A stretch of DNA of 63,885 bases, filler included, from Octopus bimaculoides (GCF_001194135.2; 7 parts of 7 records of this genome joined end to end with filler, not necessarily neighbours in it), one strand, 5' to 3'; shown: positions 49,931-63,219, counted from the first letter of the whole stretch. The notes: a model not told the origin generated them from the sequence alone. Made by a program: numbers and translations.

Positions 49931-52512
49931 AAGATTTTGATAGCTCCCTGCCCCCCCCCCCCTGTCAGCTAACATTTTCTCAGATAGAACTTTAATCATT
50001 ATGTTCCCCAACACAGTCGGCTGATCAACAGAACATCATGCTGATTCTGAAGAGAGGGACATAAAAAATCGTTAACTTTATCCCATACACCTTGTAATCG
50101 AAGTAGAAATGTTGTTTACTCTATGCTCAGTTAAAATTATTTGCTTAAAAATGTTTCTAGCTAACTTATTGGATTTAGAAAAATCCAACATACTACATCA
50201 GCTGCTTAGCATTCGGTGTAGTACAATATACAGATGCCTCTCATACTAACTACATATTTCTCTAAGCTACCCAAAGCATGATCTCTTCAGTCAGCGTATT
50301 AATCGACTGTGTCGCCATCATCCTATAATAACCTCTCACCCTATTCACTTCACTCTCGGATCTCTTGCCTCATATTTCACACCTCACTCAATTCTGACCC
50401 AACCCCTTATTTTCTACCATTATCCGTTATGAAATGTCCTTCTCTAATGTAAAACTAATGAATTTCTCACTTTCACTAACCACAGTTGCATATAATTTGT
50501 AGAAATATGATAGTCTCAAACGTTAACTTTTATTTCTTTTGCAATCCTATCAGCAAACAAACTTAACCAAAATTTCTCCATAATTTGCTGTAAATAGAAG
50601 ACTGAAAGCAAAGTGCCGTGATAACATAATTTCGTGTTTTATTTTATCTCACATTTAAAAAAAATATTAACGTAACATCAGAGCCGGCTGTGCCTTTCAT
50701 CTCATCTGTAGAAACAATATCTGTAATGCGCTGGGGAGGATTTCATAAAAAGTACCGATCTTCTAAACAATATCGAGTATCTAAGGAAGAATCAATAACC
50801 TTAAATACCAGAAAATACAACGTTTCTGTATCCTAAAGCAAAATAAAATGTAAAATGTCGAATGTATATTTTTCTTGTGTTATTTCAAGCAAGATAAGTT
50901 GATTCAGTAATTTCTTTCAATCTCTAGTCGATTCAATAATCGAGTTGCATAAATCACAGGGAAATATAATCACTGGAACGGTAAAGAAGAAAAACTAATA
51001 AATATTTATTCCTTTGAAAGTGTAGTCATGGTTAAAATTGTCGTTTTTAACTACTGGAATGTTGAAATGTTTTACACTATTGATTAGAAAAGAAATCAAG
51101 TAAAAATGACATCAGCAGAATCTGGGTTTTTGCTTATGTCGTTAATCTACTAAAAATAATGTACAAATAAAAGAAACATTCATATAAGCTTTTCGAATTC
51201 TTCCATAAACAAAATAATAGTCTTGTACAACACTTAGTAGTTTATACAGGAGGATGTTTCGATGCAAAATGTAGAGAGTTCTAGCAAGTGAACTTCCTAA
51301 AATTAATGTTTCTTACAAATATATACATATATACTAGAACACAAATGGGGTTTAAATATTCTTTTAGGTTTTCGGTAGAATTTTATTATTGCATACCAAA
51401 ATTACATCATAGCATGAATCCACAATCCTCAGGTAAAATTTTAAACATTTATAAACTGGTAAGGTAAAAACTAGGAGATGACCAACTATCATGATGACCA
51501 TCATGTTTGGTGGTGAATAAGCAATCTTCTATATTTTACCTTATTTGTTTATACGTATCTACTATTTTATTTGAGAACGGTGGAGGTATGCTATGAAGCA
51601 ATCTACGAATACATAAAAAAACATTGGGTCCAAAACAGCTGTAGTAAAATATGAAGCCCATCTTTTATATCTACACCACGCCTAGAACCAATACTGAGTA
51701 AGATTAAATATTCATATTGAATTTGGTAGAAAGAAGCTTGCTTCCCAATCAAATGGTTCCGGGTTCAATCCCACTGCGTGACACCTTCAGTATGTGTCTT
51801 CTGCTATAGCCTCGGAGCGATTAAAGCCTTCTGAGTACATTTGGTAGACGGAAACTAAAAGGAGCACGTCGTGTATATATATATATATATATATATNNNN
51901 NNNNNNNNNNNNNNNNNNNNNNNNNNNNNNNNNNNNNNNNNNNNNNNNNNNNNNNNNNNNNNNNNNNNNNNNNNNNNNNNNNNNNNNNNNNNNNNNNNNN
52001 NNNNNNNNNNNNNNNNNNNNNNNNNNNNNNNNNNNNNNNNNNNNNNNNNNNNNNNNNNNNNNNNNNNNNNNNNNNNNNNNNNNNNNNNNNNNNNNNNNNN
52101 NNNNNNNNNNNNNNNNNNNNNNNNNNNNNNNNNNNNNNNNNNNNNNNNNNNNNNNNNNNNNNNNNNNNNNNNNNNNNNNNNNNNNNNNNNNNNNNNNNNN
52201 NNNNNNNNNNNNNNNNNNNNNNNNNNNNNNNNNNNNNNNNNNNNNNNNNNNNNNNNNNNNNNNNNNNNNNNNNNNNNNNNNNNNNNNNNNNNNNNNNNNN
52301 NNNNNNNNNNNNNNNNNNNNNNNNNNNNNNNNNNNNNNNNNNNNNNNNNNNNNNNNNNNNNNNNNNNNNNNNNNNNNNNNNNNNNNNNNNNNNNNNNNNN
52401 NNNNNNNNNNNNNNNNNNNNNNNNNNNNNNNNNNNNNNNNNNNNNNNNNNNNNNNNNNNNNNNNNNNNNNNNNNNNNNNNNNNNNNNNNNNNNNNNNNNN
52501 NNNNNNNNNNNN

Positions 52513-52545
<33 letters not shown>

Positions 52546-52834
52546 TTTTATTCTTTTATTATTTTACTTGTTTCAGTCATTTGACTGCGGCCATGCTGGT
52601 GCATCGCATTAAAGGGTTTTAGTCGGAGTCTTGTTCAGTTTACGGGCTTCTCCTAAATTCACGTGAATAAAACAATGACTAATTGACTCAAGGGATGTTA
52701 CTTGAGTGTAAAATATTTCAAAAAAGAGCCACTATCTTCGACAGTGACCCTACCAGAATAGACCCTTTCATAAACGCGGACTCACATAGCACACAAACTT
52801 TAATCAAAGAAGGTATGCGCCCCAATGACGAACT

Positions 52835-53138
52835 ACCATAACATACATACATACATGGTGGTTGTCTACTCCTTAAACAGAGTTTGACCACCTCCTGCAC
52901 CTACACCTTAGCCCTTTCATGGCGTCTGATGTGGCTTTTTAAACCAGACAGTGTTTTGAAAAAACACCCACACAGATTGCACCTCTGATTTGCACTACCA
53001 ATACCTGCAAGTAAGTTCTGCTCATTGTGGATCCTAACATGTCTTTTAAGACCCCCATTGGATTTGCAAACCCTCTGGCACACACCACATTCAAACGTGT
53101 GCACAGACATATAATCAGAATAGCTGGGTGAGGTTTGT
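52835..53138 (-). mobile_element. 3' end of a LINE ORF2 with two C2H2 zinc fingers and (ATGT)n tail
   Basis: Frame is open to the spacer: ..CGVCQRVCKSNGGLKRHVRIH..CNLCGCFFKTLSGLKSHIRRH..KV*; no TGEKP linker; short 3'UTR then atgtatgtatgt tail. Confidence 0.7.
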
Positions 53139-53238
53139 NNNNNNNNNNNNNNNNNNNNNNNNNNNNNNNNNNNNNNNNNNNNTTAATTAATTAANNNNNN
53201 NNNNNNNNNNNNNNNNNNNNNNNNNNNNNNNNNNNNNN

Positions 53239-53275
<37 letters not shown>

Positions 53276-53280
53276 CAGAC

Positions 53281-53331
<51 letters not shown>

Positions 53332-53570
53332 CTTAGAGAAAACCTCGTTTATAATAAAACCTTTCATTGAGAAATCTTTATATTTCATCAGAAGTATTAG
53401 TTTGCTTTTAACTGTGTATCTCAGTTACAAAGCATATAAACGTTGGGCTTCAGATAATATGTTTATGCTGAATTAGCATGATGCTTCATATACACCCTCT
53501 GGAATCCTGCTGGTGTCCAATGTGTGAGTATGTATTTGGCGTTTGTTTTTCCCGACGCGCTGCTAGATAA

Positions 53571-53989
53571 GGCGTAGGAGTGGCTGTGTGGTAAGTAGCT
53601 TTCTTACCAACCACATAGTTCCGGGTTCAGTCCCACTGCGTGATACCTTGGGCAAGTGTCTTCTACTATAGCCTCGGGCTGACCAAATCCTTGTGAGTGG
53701 ATTTGGTAGACGGAAACTGAAAGAAGCCCGTCGTATATATGTATATATATATATATATATGTGTGTGCTTGTGTGTTTGTGTTTGTCTCCCCAACATCCC
53801 TTGACAACCGATGCTGGTGTGTTTACGTCCCCGTAACATTAGCGGCTCGGCAAAAGAGACCGATAGAATAAGTACTAGGCTTGCAAAGAATAAGTCCTGG
53901 TGTTGATTTGCTCGACTAAAGGCGGTGCTCCAGCATGGCCACAGTCAAATGACTGAAACAAGTAAAAGAGTAAAAGAGAGTAAAGAGTA
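53571..53989 (+). mobile_element. SINE family A, full length
   Basis: Same consensus as 25687-26100 with a (gtaaaaga)n tail. Confidence 0.92.
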
Positions 53990-54587
53990 TATCCTATCAG
54001 GCTTAAAGATAAGTTCTGGGGTTGATTTGTTCCATTAAAATTTTCGAGACGGTACTTCAGTATAACTGTAGTTCCAATAACTGAAATAAGTAAAGGTTAA
54101 AGGTTAAAAGATGCATATATCTATGTGTAGGGTTTTTATATATATGTATATAAGCAAATCTAAACCCTATACAAAAATATAGCACACACATATACACACT
54201 CACCCTTTATATTATGCAGAAATCGCACACATCAATTGAATTCTTCAACACCATCAAGACCGTCCATATTCTTCTCAACTCTAGGCACGAGGCCCGAAAA
54301 TTTTTTGGGAGGGCGCCAGTCGATTAGATCGACCCAAGTACGCAACTGGTACTTAATTTATTGACCCCCGAAAGGATGAAAGGCAAAGTCGACCTCAGCG
54401 GAATTTGAACTCAGAACATAAAGACAGACGAAATACCGTTAAATCCGGCGTGCTAACGTTTCTGCCAGCTCGCCGCCTTGTGAACACCGTCTATATTGAT
54501 ACACAGAAGCATACGCACATGCATTCAAACTCATTCATACACATGTACGCACATGTACGCACATGTACAACGAGACTCATGAACGGT

Positions 54588-54641
<54 letters not shown>

Positions 54642-54866
54642 AATACATTTATAACTGAGAATACATATCTATATATATGATATTTAGAAATCAATAACCA
54701 GCATTTTTTTTACTCAAAATACACATATATATGTATTTGCATTTATACGCAAACACAAATGTATGCACACAACACATAAACGCACACATGTGCATATATA
54801 CATATGTAGATGGTTATGTATAGGCGCATACTTATATACATACACATGCGCATAAATACATACAAT

Positions 54867-54929
<63 letters not shown>

Positions 54930-55583
54930 TTGTGCATTCCTGCATATGTGTACACGTATATACGCACATACATGTATATATACTCGCTCATACATAAATA
55001 TATACGCATATAAACATGCATACATATCTAACACATGTATACACACTTTCATAGATAGATTTACAAAGATAGACAAGCCACTAATTTTTTCTGCTTATAC
55101 ATACATACAACACATACAACGAAAAATGCAAACACACACACACACACACACATACACACAAATGCACACACACATACACACACACTCACAAAACATGAAT
55201 ATATAAATATATTCATACATACACATGTACGTACATATGTTTGTATGTATATTCGTATTGCATGCAAATATACGTATGATCACATCATTACATACGCACA
55301 TGCGCACACACAACCAATCACCTACAATTAAGTAAGCATCGCACATATATCAAGCTAAACAGGAAAATATTTCTCTTCGTCGTTACAAAAATGGCGGAAA
55401 ATTGTATGGCTTAATATTCTCTCTCTTCGATTTCTCTGTTTGTTTTCCTGTCTGTGTGTTCGTATATTTATTTATTTATTTGTCTATTTGTTTGTCTATT
55501 GATGCCAATATTTTAGACTCTTTGTAGATCTTTCTCTCTCTACACACAAACACATACATATGGTGTATCTATGTGTATTTTTA

Positions 55584-55671
<88 letters not shown>

Positions 55672-56471
55672 ATGTATGTATGAACACACTAATTTTTTTC
55701 GTGTCAGCAGTATGGTTCGAATAATCAATAAAATTCATATAATGATCAATCGTTTTATCGTTGTTGTTAATATTAACTTCATCATCATCATAATCATCAT
55801 CGTCGTCACTATTATTATTATCACAAATATTATTATTATTATTATTATTGTTGTTGTTGTTGTNNNNNNNNNNNNNNNNNNNNNNNNNNNNNNNNNNNNN
55901 NNNNNNNNNNNNNNNNNNNNNNNNNNNNNNNNNNNNNNNNNNNNNNNNNNNNNNNNNNNNNNNNNNNNNNNNNNNNNNNNNNNNNNNNNNNNNNNNNNNN
56001 NNNNNNNNNNNNNNNNNNNNNNNNNNNNNNNNNNNNNNNNNNNNNNNNNNNNNNNNNNNNNNNNNNNNNNNNNNNNNNNNNNNNNNNNNNNNNNNNNNNN
56101 NNNNNNNNNNNNNNNNNNNNNNNNNNNNNNNNNNNNNNNNNNNNNNNNNNNNNNNNNNNNNNNNNNNNNNNNNNNNNNNNNNNNNNNNNNNNNNNNNNNN
56201 NNNNNNNNNNNNNNNNNNNNNNNNNNNNNNNNNNNNNNNNNNNNNNNNNNNNNNNNNNNNNNNNNNNNNNNNNNNNNNNNNNNNNNNNNNNNNNNNNNNN
56301 NNNNNNNNNNNNNNNNNNNNNNNNNNNNNNNNNNNNNNNNNNNNNNNNNNNNNNNNNNNNNNNNNNNNNNNNNNNNNNNNNNNNNNTCTCTCTCTCTCTC
56401 TCTCTCTCATACACATGTTCTCTGTCACACACACACACACGCACGTATACACTCAAATACACGCACGCATA

Positions 56472-56509
<38 letters not shown>

Positions 56510-56655
56510 CATCTTTTTCTCTCTAGTACAATCCTTCTCTCTTTCTTTCCTCCTCTCACTGTCACTCACTCTCACAGTTTCTCTTGCTTTTTCTAGGCTC
56601 TTACACACACACACACACACACACAAACACACACATACGCACACATATCCACATG

Positions 56656-56691
<36 letters not shown>

Positions 56692-58600
56692 TACACACAC
56701 ATATACACTGCACACACACAAACACACACACACACACATATACACCCACACATACACACACATACTTTCTTTCAAACACTCGCTTCACACCTTCTCATTT
56801 CTCTCTCACGCACACACACACACGCTTTCTCTCTCTCACTCTCTCTCTGTCTCTGTCTCTGTCTCTGTCTCTGTCTTCCATCATACTTCCGTTTCTCTAT
56901 ATATTTCACTCCCACCAGCTTCTCTCTCCCCTTCTCCCCCTCTTCCTGTTTCACTTCTTCCCCCTCTTTCACCCTCTCCCCTCTCTCTCTCACACCATTT
57001 CTTTCATTCATATTTTAAAAAATTACTTTCAATAATTGTTCTTTTGAATCTTCATCCTTAAATGCTGATGTCGTTGTTGTTCCTGTTCTTATTGCCCCTC
57101 CTCTTATTATTGTTATTGCTGTTGTTGTAGTTAATGAGGTTGACAATATGGAAGTTATGTTTCTTGTTGTTGTTTTGGTTAGTGTTGTTGTTGTTACTGC
57201 TGTTGTTTAGCTCGCGCAATAAATCCTCTTTTCTCTCCTATTCTCTCTCTTATTTGTTCCTTGGTCGTTGTCTTTCTCATTGTTGCTGTTGCTACATATT
57301 CTGATATTTATTCTATTATTACTAATATGCTTCTACTTTGCTGTTGCTATTGTTGATGGTGGTGGTGCCGCTATTGCAGAGTGATTATCATCTTTTCTAT
57401 TGGTGTATTAATGGCTACGTTCTGATTTCAAATCCCACTGACGTCAAATTTGACTTTCATACATCTAGCGTTTGCTAAAGTAGAGTGCCTGACATAAAAT
57501 GAAGTCGATGTCTTCTTCTTCTCGTAATTCGTCGTCATCTTCACCATCTTTATTACTATTGGTATCAAATTTTGGCACCAGGCCAGAAATTTCGAAGAGG
57601 CAGTAAGCCCCTTACATCAACCTCAATTCTCAACAAATATTTATTTCATCGAAGGGCGAAAGGGCGAAAGGCAAAGTTGACCTCGGTGGAATTTGCACTC
57701 AGAACGTAAAGACGAACGAGATGCCGCTAAACATTTTGCCCGACGTGTTAACGATTCTGCTAGCTCGCCGCCTTTATCGTTATTATTATTATTATTATTA
57801 TTATTATTGTTCAGTAGTTTTATTTTTATAACGTGCTTTCACTTCACTACCGAGCGCAGCTCTATGAGCCTTGGGTATGTGCTGTGGTTTGCTGTGGTGC
57901 TCTTATGGTTACTGTATTGAAAGTGTTTTGCGTAGGATGTGTGCAGTGCCCACTAGTGCAATTTTCTGTATGTTATATATATTTGTAAGTCCTGGTGTTT
58001 TTGTTATGTATTTGTCTGAATATATTTTTATTATACCTAAGGCCCCTACTATGATAGGAATTGTTTCTGTTATTATTNNNNNNNNNNNNNNNNNNNNNNN
58101 NNNNNNNNNNNNNNNNNNNNNNNNNNNNNNNNNNNNNNNNNNNNNNNNNNNNNNNNNNNNNNNNNNNNNNNNNNNNNNNNNNNNNNNNNNNNNNNNNNNN
58201 NNNNNNNNNNNNNNNNNNNNNNNNNNNNNNNNNNNNNNNNNNNNNNNNNNNNNNNNNNNNNNNNNNNNNNNNNNNNNNNNNNNNNNNNNNNNNNNNNNNN
58301 NNNNNNNNNNNNNNNNNNNNNNNNNNNNNNNNNNNNNNNNNNNNNNNNNNNNNNNNNNNNNNNNNNNNNNNNNNNNNNNNNNNNNNNNNNNNNNNNNNNN
58401 NNNNNNNNNNNNNNNNNNNNNNNNNNNNNNNNNNNNNNNNNNNNNNNNNNNNNNNNNNNNNNNNNNNNNNNNNNNNNNNNNNNNNNNNNNNNNNNNNNNN
58501 NNNNNNNNNNNNNNNNNNNNNNNNNNNNNNNNNNNNNNNNNNNNNNNNNNNNNNNNNNNNNNNNNNNNNNNNNNNNNNNNNNNNNNNNNNNNNNNNNNNN

Positions 58601-59010
58601 GTTAACACACCGGGCGAAATGCTTAGCGCTATTTCGTCTGCCGTTACGTTCTGAGTTCAAATTCCGCTGAGGTCGACTTTGCCTTTCATCCTTTCGGGGT
58701 CGATAAATTAAGTACCAGTTGCGCACTAGGGTCGATGTAATCCACTCAATCCCTTTGTCTGTCCTTGCTTGTCCCCTCTGTGTGTAGCCCCTTGTGAGCA
58801 GTAAATAAATAAGAAACGTTAGCACGCCGGGCGAAATGCTTGGCGGCATTACGTCCTTCTTTATGTTCTGAGTTCAAACTCCGCCGAGGTCGACTTTGCC
58901 TTTTATCCTTTCGTGGTCAATGAAATAAGTACCAGTTGATCACTGGGGGTCGATGTAATCAGCTCACCCCCCCACCCAAAAAAATTCCAGGCCCTGTGCC
59001 TTTAGTAGAA
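58601..59010 (+). mobile_element. SINE family D, head-to-tail dimer
   Basis: Same junction aaataagaaacgttagcacgccgg at about 58808-58830. Confidence 0.85.
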
Positions 59011-59687
59011 AGTATTACTGTTATTATTTTCCTGTTTATTAGAGTTGTTTCTGCTACTGTTGGTATATTAGTGAAACTATTGCGTTCATTGTTCTTCTTA
59101 TTAATGTTGCTGTTGTTATTGTTGTTGTAATTGATGTAGTAGTAGTAGTAGTAGTAGTTGTTTTTGTTTTTGTTTGTGTTTGTGTAGTTGTTGTTATTGC
59201 TGTTGTTGTATTAGCTGTAGGCATTGCAATTTTTGTTATTATTTATTCTTCTTAGTATTCTTTCCTTTTGATGTCTTTGATGTTGCTGTCGCTGTTATTG
59301 TTGTTTTCGCTATCACTGCTATAGTGGTTATTGTTGTAGTTGTTGTTCATAATATTATTCCTTTGTTGTTACTAACATTACTACTGGGACTATTTACTAA
59401 TTTTTGGTAATTCTGCTGGTATTATGGTCATTATTGTTCTCGCCGTCGTCGTCATCGTTGTAGATATTTTCATTGTTGGTGCTGTTAATATTGTCGTAGC
59501 TTCTGCTGCTTTCGTTGTCACAAGTCTTGTCACTATTGACCATTGTTGTTGTCGATATTCTTGACATTGTAGGCACCATATCTTCCCTGATTGCTGTTTC
59601 TACCTCACCTATTACAGACTTCGTTAGCATCGTCGTTTTCGTTGAATAAATGATGTTGTTTGTTCTTGTTATCGTTCCTGTTGTATG

Positions 59688-60100
59688 TTACTCTTTTACT
59701 CTTTTACTTGTTTCAGTCATTTGACTGCGGCCATGCTGGAGCACCGCCTTCAAGTCGAACAAATGGACCCAAGGACTTATTCTTTGTAAGCCTAGTACTT
59801 ATTCTATCGGTTCTCTTTTGCCGAACCGCTAAGTTACGGGGACGTAAACACACCAGCATCGGTTGTCAAGCGATGTTGTGGGGGGGGGGACAAACACAGA
59901 CACACAAACATATACACACACATACATATATATACATATATACGACGAGCTTCTTTCAGTTTCCGTCTACCAAATCCACTCACAAGGCTTTGGTCGGCCC
60001 GAGGCTATAGTAGAAGACACTTGCCCAAGGTGCCACGCAGTGGGCCCGAATCCGGAACCATGTGGTTGGTAAGCAAGCTACTTACCACACAGCCACTCCT
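59688..60100 (-). mobile_element. SINE family A, full length
   Basis: Reverse complement of the family A consensus, head ending cagccactcct at 60100. Confidence 0.92.
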
Positions 60101-61176
60101 ATCATTTGTTATTACTGGAGTTGATTCGCCCCGGAGCAGCCATAATTAACCTTACATACGATCAAAGTCATTCAAACGATGAATACCTAATCGATCTTGG
60201 GGCGATGTTGTGTGATATGAGGGAAATATTTATAGACACATACGTATTTAAAATTTACTGATTACACAATAGACACATATCATCATATATATAAAAACAC
60301 GCAAACGTATACAAAGGTAAATATATGCGAAAAAATATAACACACTAAAATATCTTTTATCTCTTATTTGTTTCATTCGACGACGGCCATGATGGGACAC
60401 CGCCTTGAAGGATTTGCGCAAACAAATTAAATCCAACACATATTCTGAACGCTTGATAAATATTCTATTGGGGTATTTAGCCGAACCGCTAACACAAACA
60501 ACAACACAAATACATAGGCGTGCGCACACAGACACGCGCGCGCGCGCAAGGCTATGGGCGCAGGAGTGGCTGTGTGGTAAGCAGCTTGCTTACCAATTAC
60601 ATGGCTCCGGGTTCAGTCCCACTGCGTGACACCTTGGCCAAGTATCTCTTACTATAGGTCCGAGTTGACCAAAGCTTTGTGTGTGGATTTGGTAGATGGA
60701 AACTGAAAGAAGCCCGTCGTATATATATATATATATATATATATATNNNNNNNNNNNNNNNNNNNNNNNNNNNNNNNNNNNNNNNNNNNNTTAATTAATT
60801 AANNNNNNNNNNNNNNNNNNNNNNNNNNNNNNNNNNNNNNNNNNNNTTCTCTCTAACACACAGTCTTTCTTCTCTCAGACCCTCAACCTCTATCATGAAT
60901 ACATACCCCCTCTCTCTTTGTCTTTTCACTTCTCTCCATCACACCTCTTTCTCTGTTTTTTCACTTCTCTCTGTCACAACGTCTTTCTTCTCTCAGCCTC
61001 TCAATCTTCCTAAATATATAGACATGAACATTCTCTCTCTCTCTTCCTCTCTTCTCTCAGCCACTCATCTCTCTAAATATAGACACTTTCTTTCTCTATT
61101 TCTTCACTATCCTCCAACACACTGTTAAAATTTTAAAAAATAAATGGAGAGATAAATTAATAAATTATCCACAAAA

Positions 61177-61982
61177 ATGTCCAGAACCTGGAGGAGCATG
61201 GAATTGGCATTGTTTTTGAGAGCCTGGCTCTGTGCTGAAGGAGATAACCCAAACAACATAATCACTGCTGCGCTGAAGAGCAATGGTTACACAAGAACAC
61301 TAGCACAGATAGAACGAAAGAAGCTCCTATGCTCTCATACAATCCCATATCAGCACTCTTGATGCCATCTTTGATAATGAACACAGCAAAGATGACAAGG
61401 ATGGAGGCATGGATGCAGATGAAAGATGTCACCCCGACTTGATAGACACTCAAGAAAACAAAGAAGATTCAAGCAAGAAACCTGCCCGGAAAGTAAACCC
61501 AAGTGCAAACACAAGTGAAAGTGCCCCTACCACCACCAAAACGAAAAACTATGGTGGTGAAAGAGCCAAGAAAGAAGAATTAAAAGCCGGAAAAACTAAA
61601 ACAAAAACAAAAAATGAAACAGCTAAAGAAAGACGCAAACCTGACCACCCATATAACAAAAAGGATAGAAAGAGACAGCCCACACGAATATGCAAATTCT
61701 ACTTGAAAGGTGTCTGCTGGCATGGAGAGGAAGGTGCAGGCTGCCATTTTGCACACCAAAGACCCTGCCACATAAACATGAAACAGGGCAGAAACCACCT
61801 GCCAAAAGGAAAGGACTACGCACCACCTGCCCCAAAACGGAGGTATGCAGATGTAGTGCGTGCTACAAACCAGACCTATCAACATGTTGTTGAAAGGGCA
61901 GCTGCTGAACAACAATCTTTTTTATGCATGGCACAAAAGATGGTACAGCAACTGACCTGGCTACAATCTCACAGATGGGACT
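61177..61982 (+). pseudogene. Frameshifted ORF with Myb/SANT-like N-terminus and CCCH finger; probable non-LTR ORF1
   Basis: MSRTWRSMELALFLRAW..ITAALKSNGYTRTLAQIERK, frame change near 61310-61325, then an open frame through a Lys-rich linker, CKFYLKGVCWHGEEGAGCHFAH and RRYADVVR to the spacer. Confidence 0.6.
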
Positions 61983-62296
61983 NNNNNNNNNNNNNNNNNN
62001 NNNNNNNNNNNNNNNNNNNNNNNNNNTTAATTAATTAANNNNNNNNNNNNNNNNNNNNNNNNNNNNNNNNNNNNNNNNNNNNTAATACTTTTGTGTTTAT
62101 GAATGAGAAAGGAAGGGGTGATAGATGAATAAAGAAGGGAGGGGTGATGTCTTACTCGGTAGTCTGATGATAGAAATTGTACGCTGAAAAAAAATTAATT
62201 AAATAGCGTTTCAACACTGTGAATATATGCGTGTGTATGTAAAAGCGGGGTATGTGAATGTGTGTGTGTGTGCGTGTGTGCATATGTTTGTGTGTT

Positions 62297-62336
<40 letters not shown>

Positions 62337-63171
62337 CGTTCGTGTGCGCACGCAATGGAAGTTGGATGGTTGGTGTTTATTCGCTTGGTATTTGGGTTTA
62401 TTTTTTGATTTGGCTGAAACTTTGGTTTTTTGTTGGTCAGTTATTTTTAGCGTTTTTACAGGAAAAAGTCATTCTGAAATTGCTTTTTAACGTAAGCGTC
62501 CCCAAGTAAGTCAAATGCTTACACAGAGCAGAACAAGTTTTATATATATATATACACACACNNNNNNNNNNNNNNNNNNNNNNNNNNNNNNNNNNNNNNN
62601 NNNNNNNNNNNNNNNNNNNNNNNNNNNNNNNNNNNNNNNNNNNNNNNNNNNNNNNNNNNNNNNNNNNNNNNNNNNNNNNNNNNNNNNNNNNNNNNNNNNN
62701 NNNNNNNNNNNNNNNNNNNNNNNNNNNNNNNNNNNNNNNNNNNNNNNNNNNNNNNNNNNNNNNNNNNNNNNNNNNNNNNNNNNNNNNNNNNNNNNNNNNN
62801 NNNNNNNNNNNNNNNNNNNNNNNNNNNNNNNNNNNNNNNNNNNNNNNNNNNNNNNNNNNNNNNNNNNNNNNNNNNNNNNNNNNNNNNNNNNNNNNNNNNN
62901 NNNNNNNNNNNNNNNNNNNNNNNNNNNNNNNNNNNNNNNNNNNNNNNNNNNNNNNNNNNNNNNNNNNNNNNNNNNNNNNNNNNNNNNNNNNNNNNNNNNN
63001 NNNNNNNNNNNNNNNNNNNNNNNNNNNNNNNNNNNNNNNNNNNNNNNNNNNNNNNNNNNNNNNNNNNNNNNNNNNNNNNNNNNNNNNNNNNNNNNNNNNN
63101 NNATATATGAATTATCAGAATGAGGTAAAAATCCAAGGCTGTAAAGATCTCAGAACATCTCTAAATAGAAT

Positions 63172-63219
63172 GTCTTACAGCTGTTTCCGGGATATTTTAT
63201 ATATCCCTTCATCGGATAC
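63172..63219 (-). ncRNA. Minimal hammerhead motif with U4C substitution
   Basis: Minus strand GTAT-CCGATGA-A-GGGATAT-ATAAA-ATATCCC-G-GAAACAGCTGTA-AGAC: 7-bp helix II, palindromic ACAGCUGU helix III, GUA triplet, helix I 3/4 paired. Confidence 0.65.

Noticed and set aside
50255-50300. Further hammerhead-like strings (50255-50300, 41331-41370, 34750-34775, 18120-18185, 62160-62180)
   Set aside because: Each lacks GAAA, helix II or the triplet; too degenerate to call individually.
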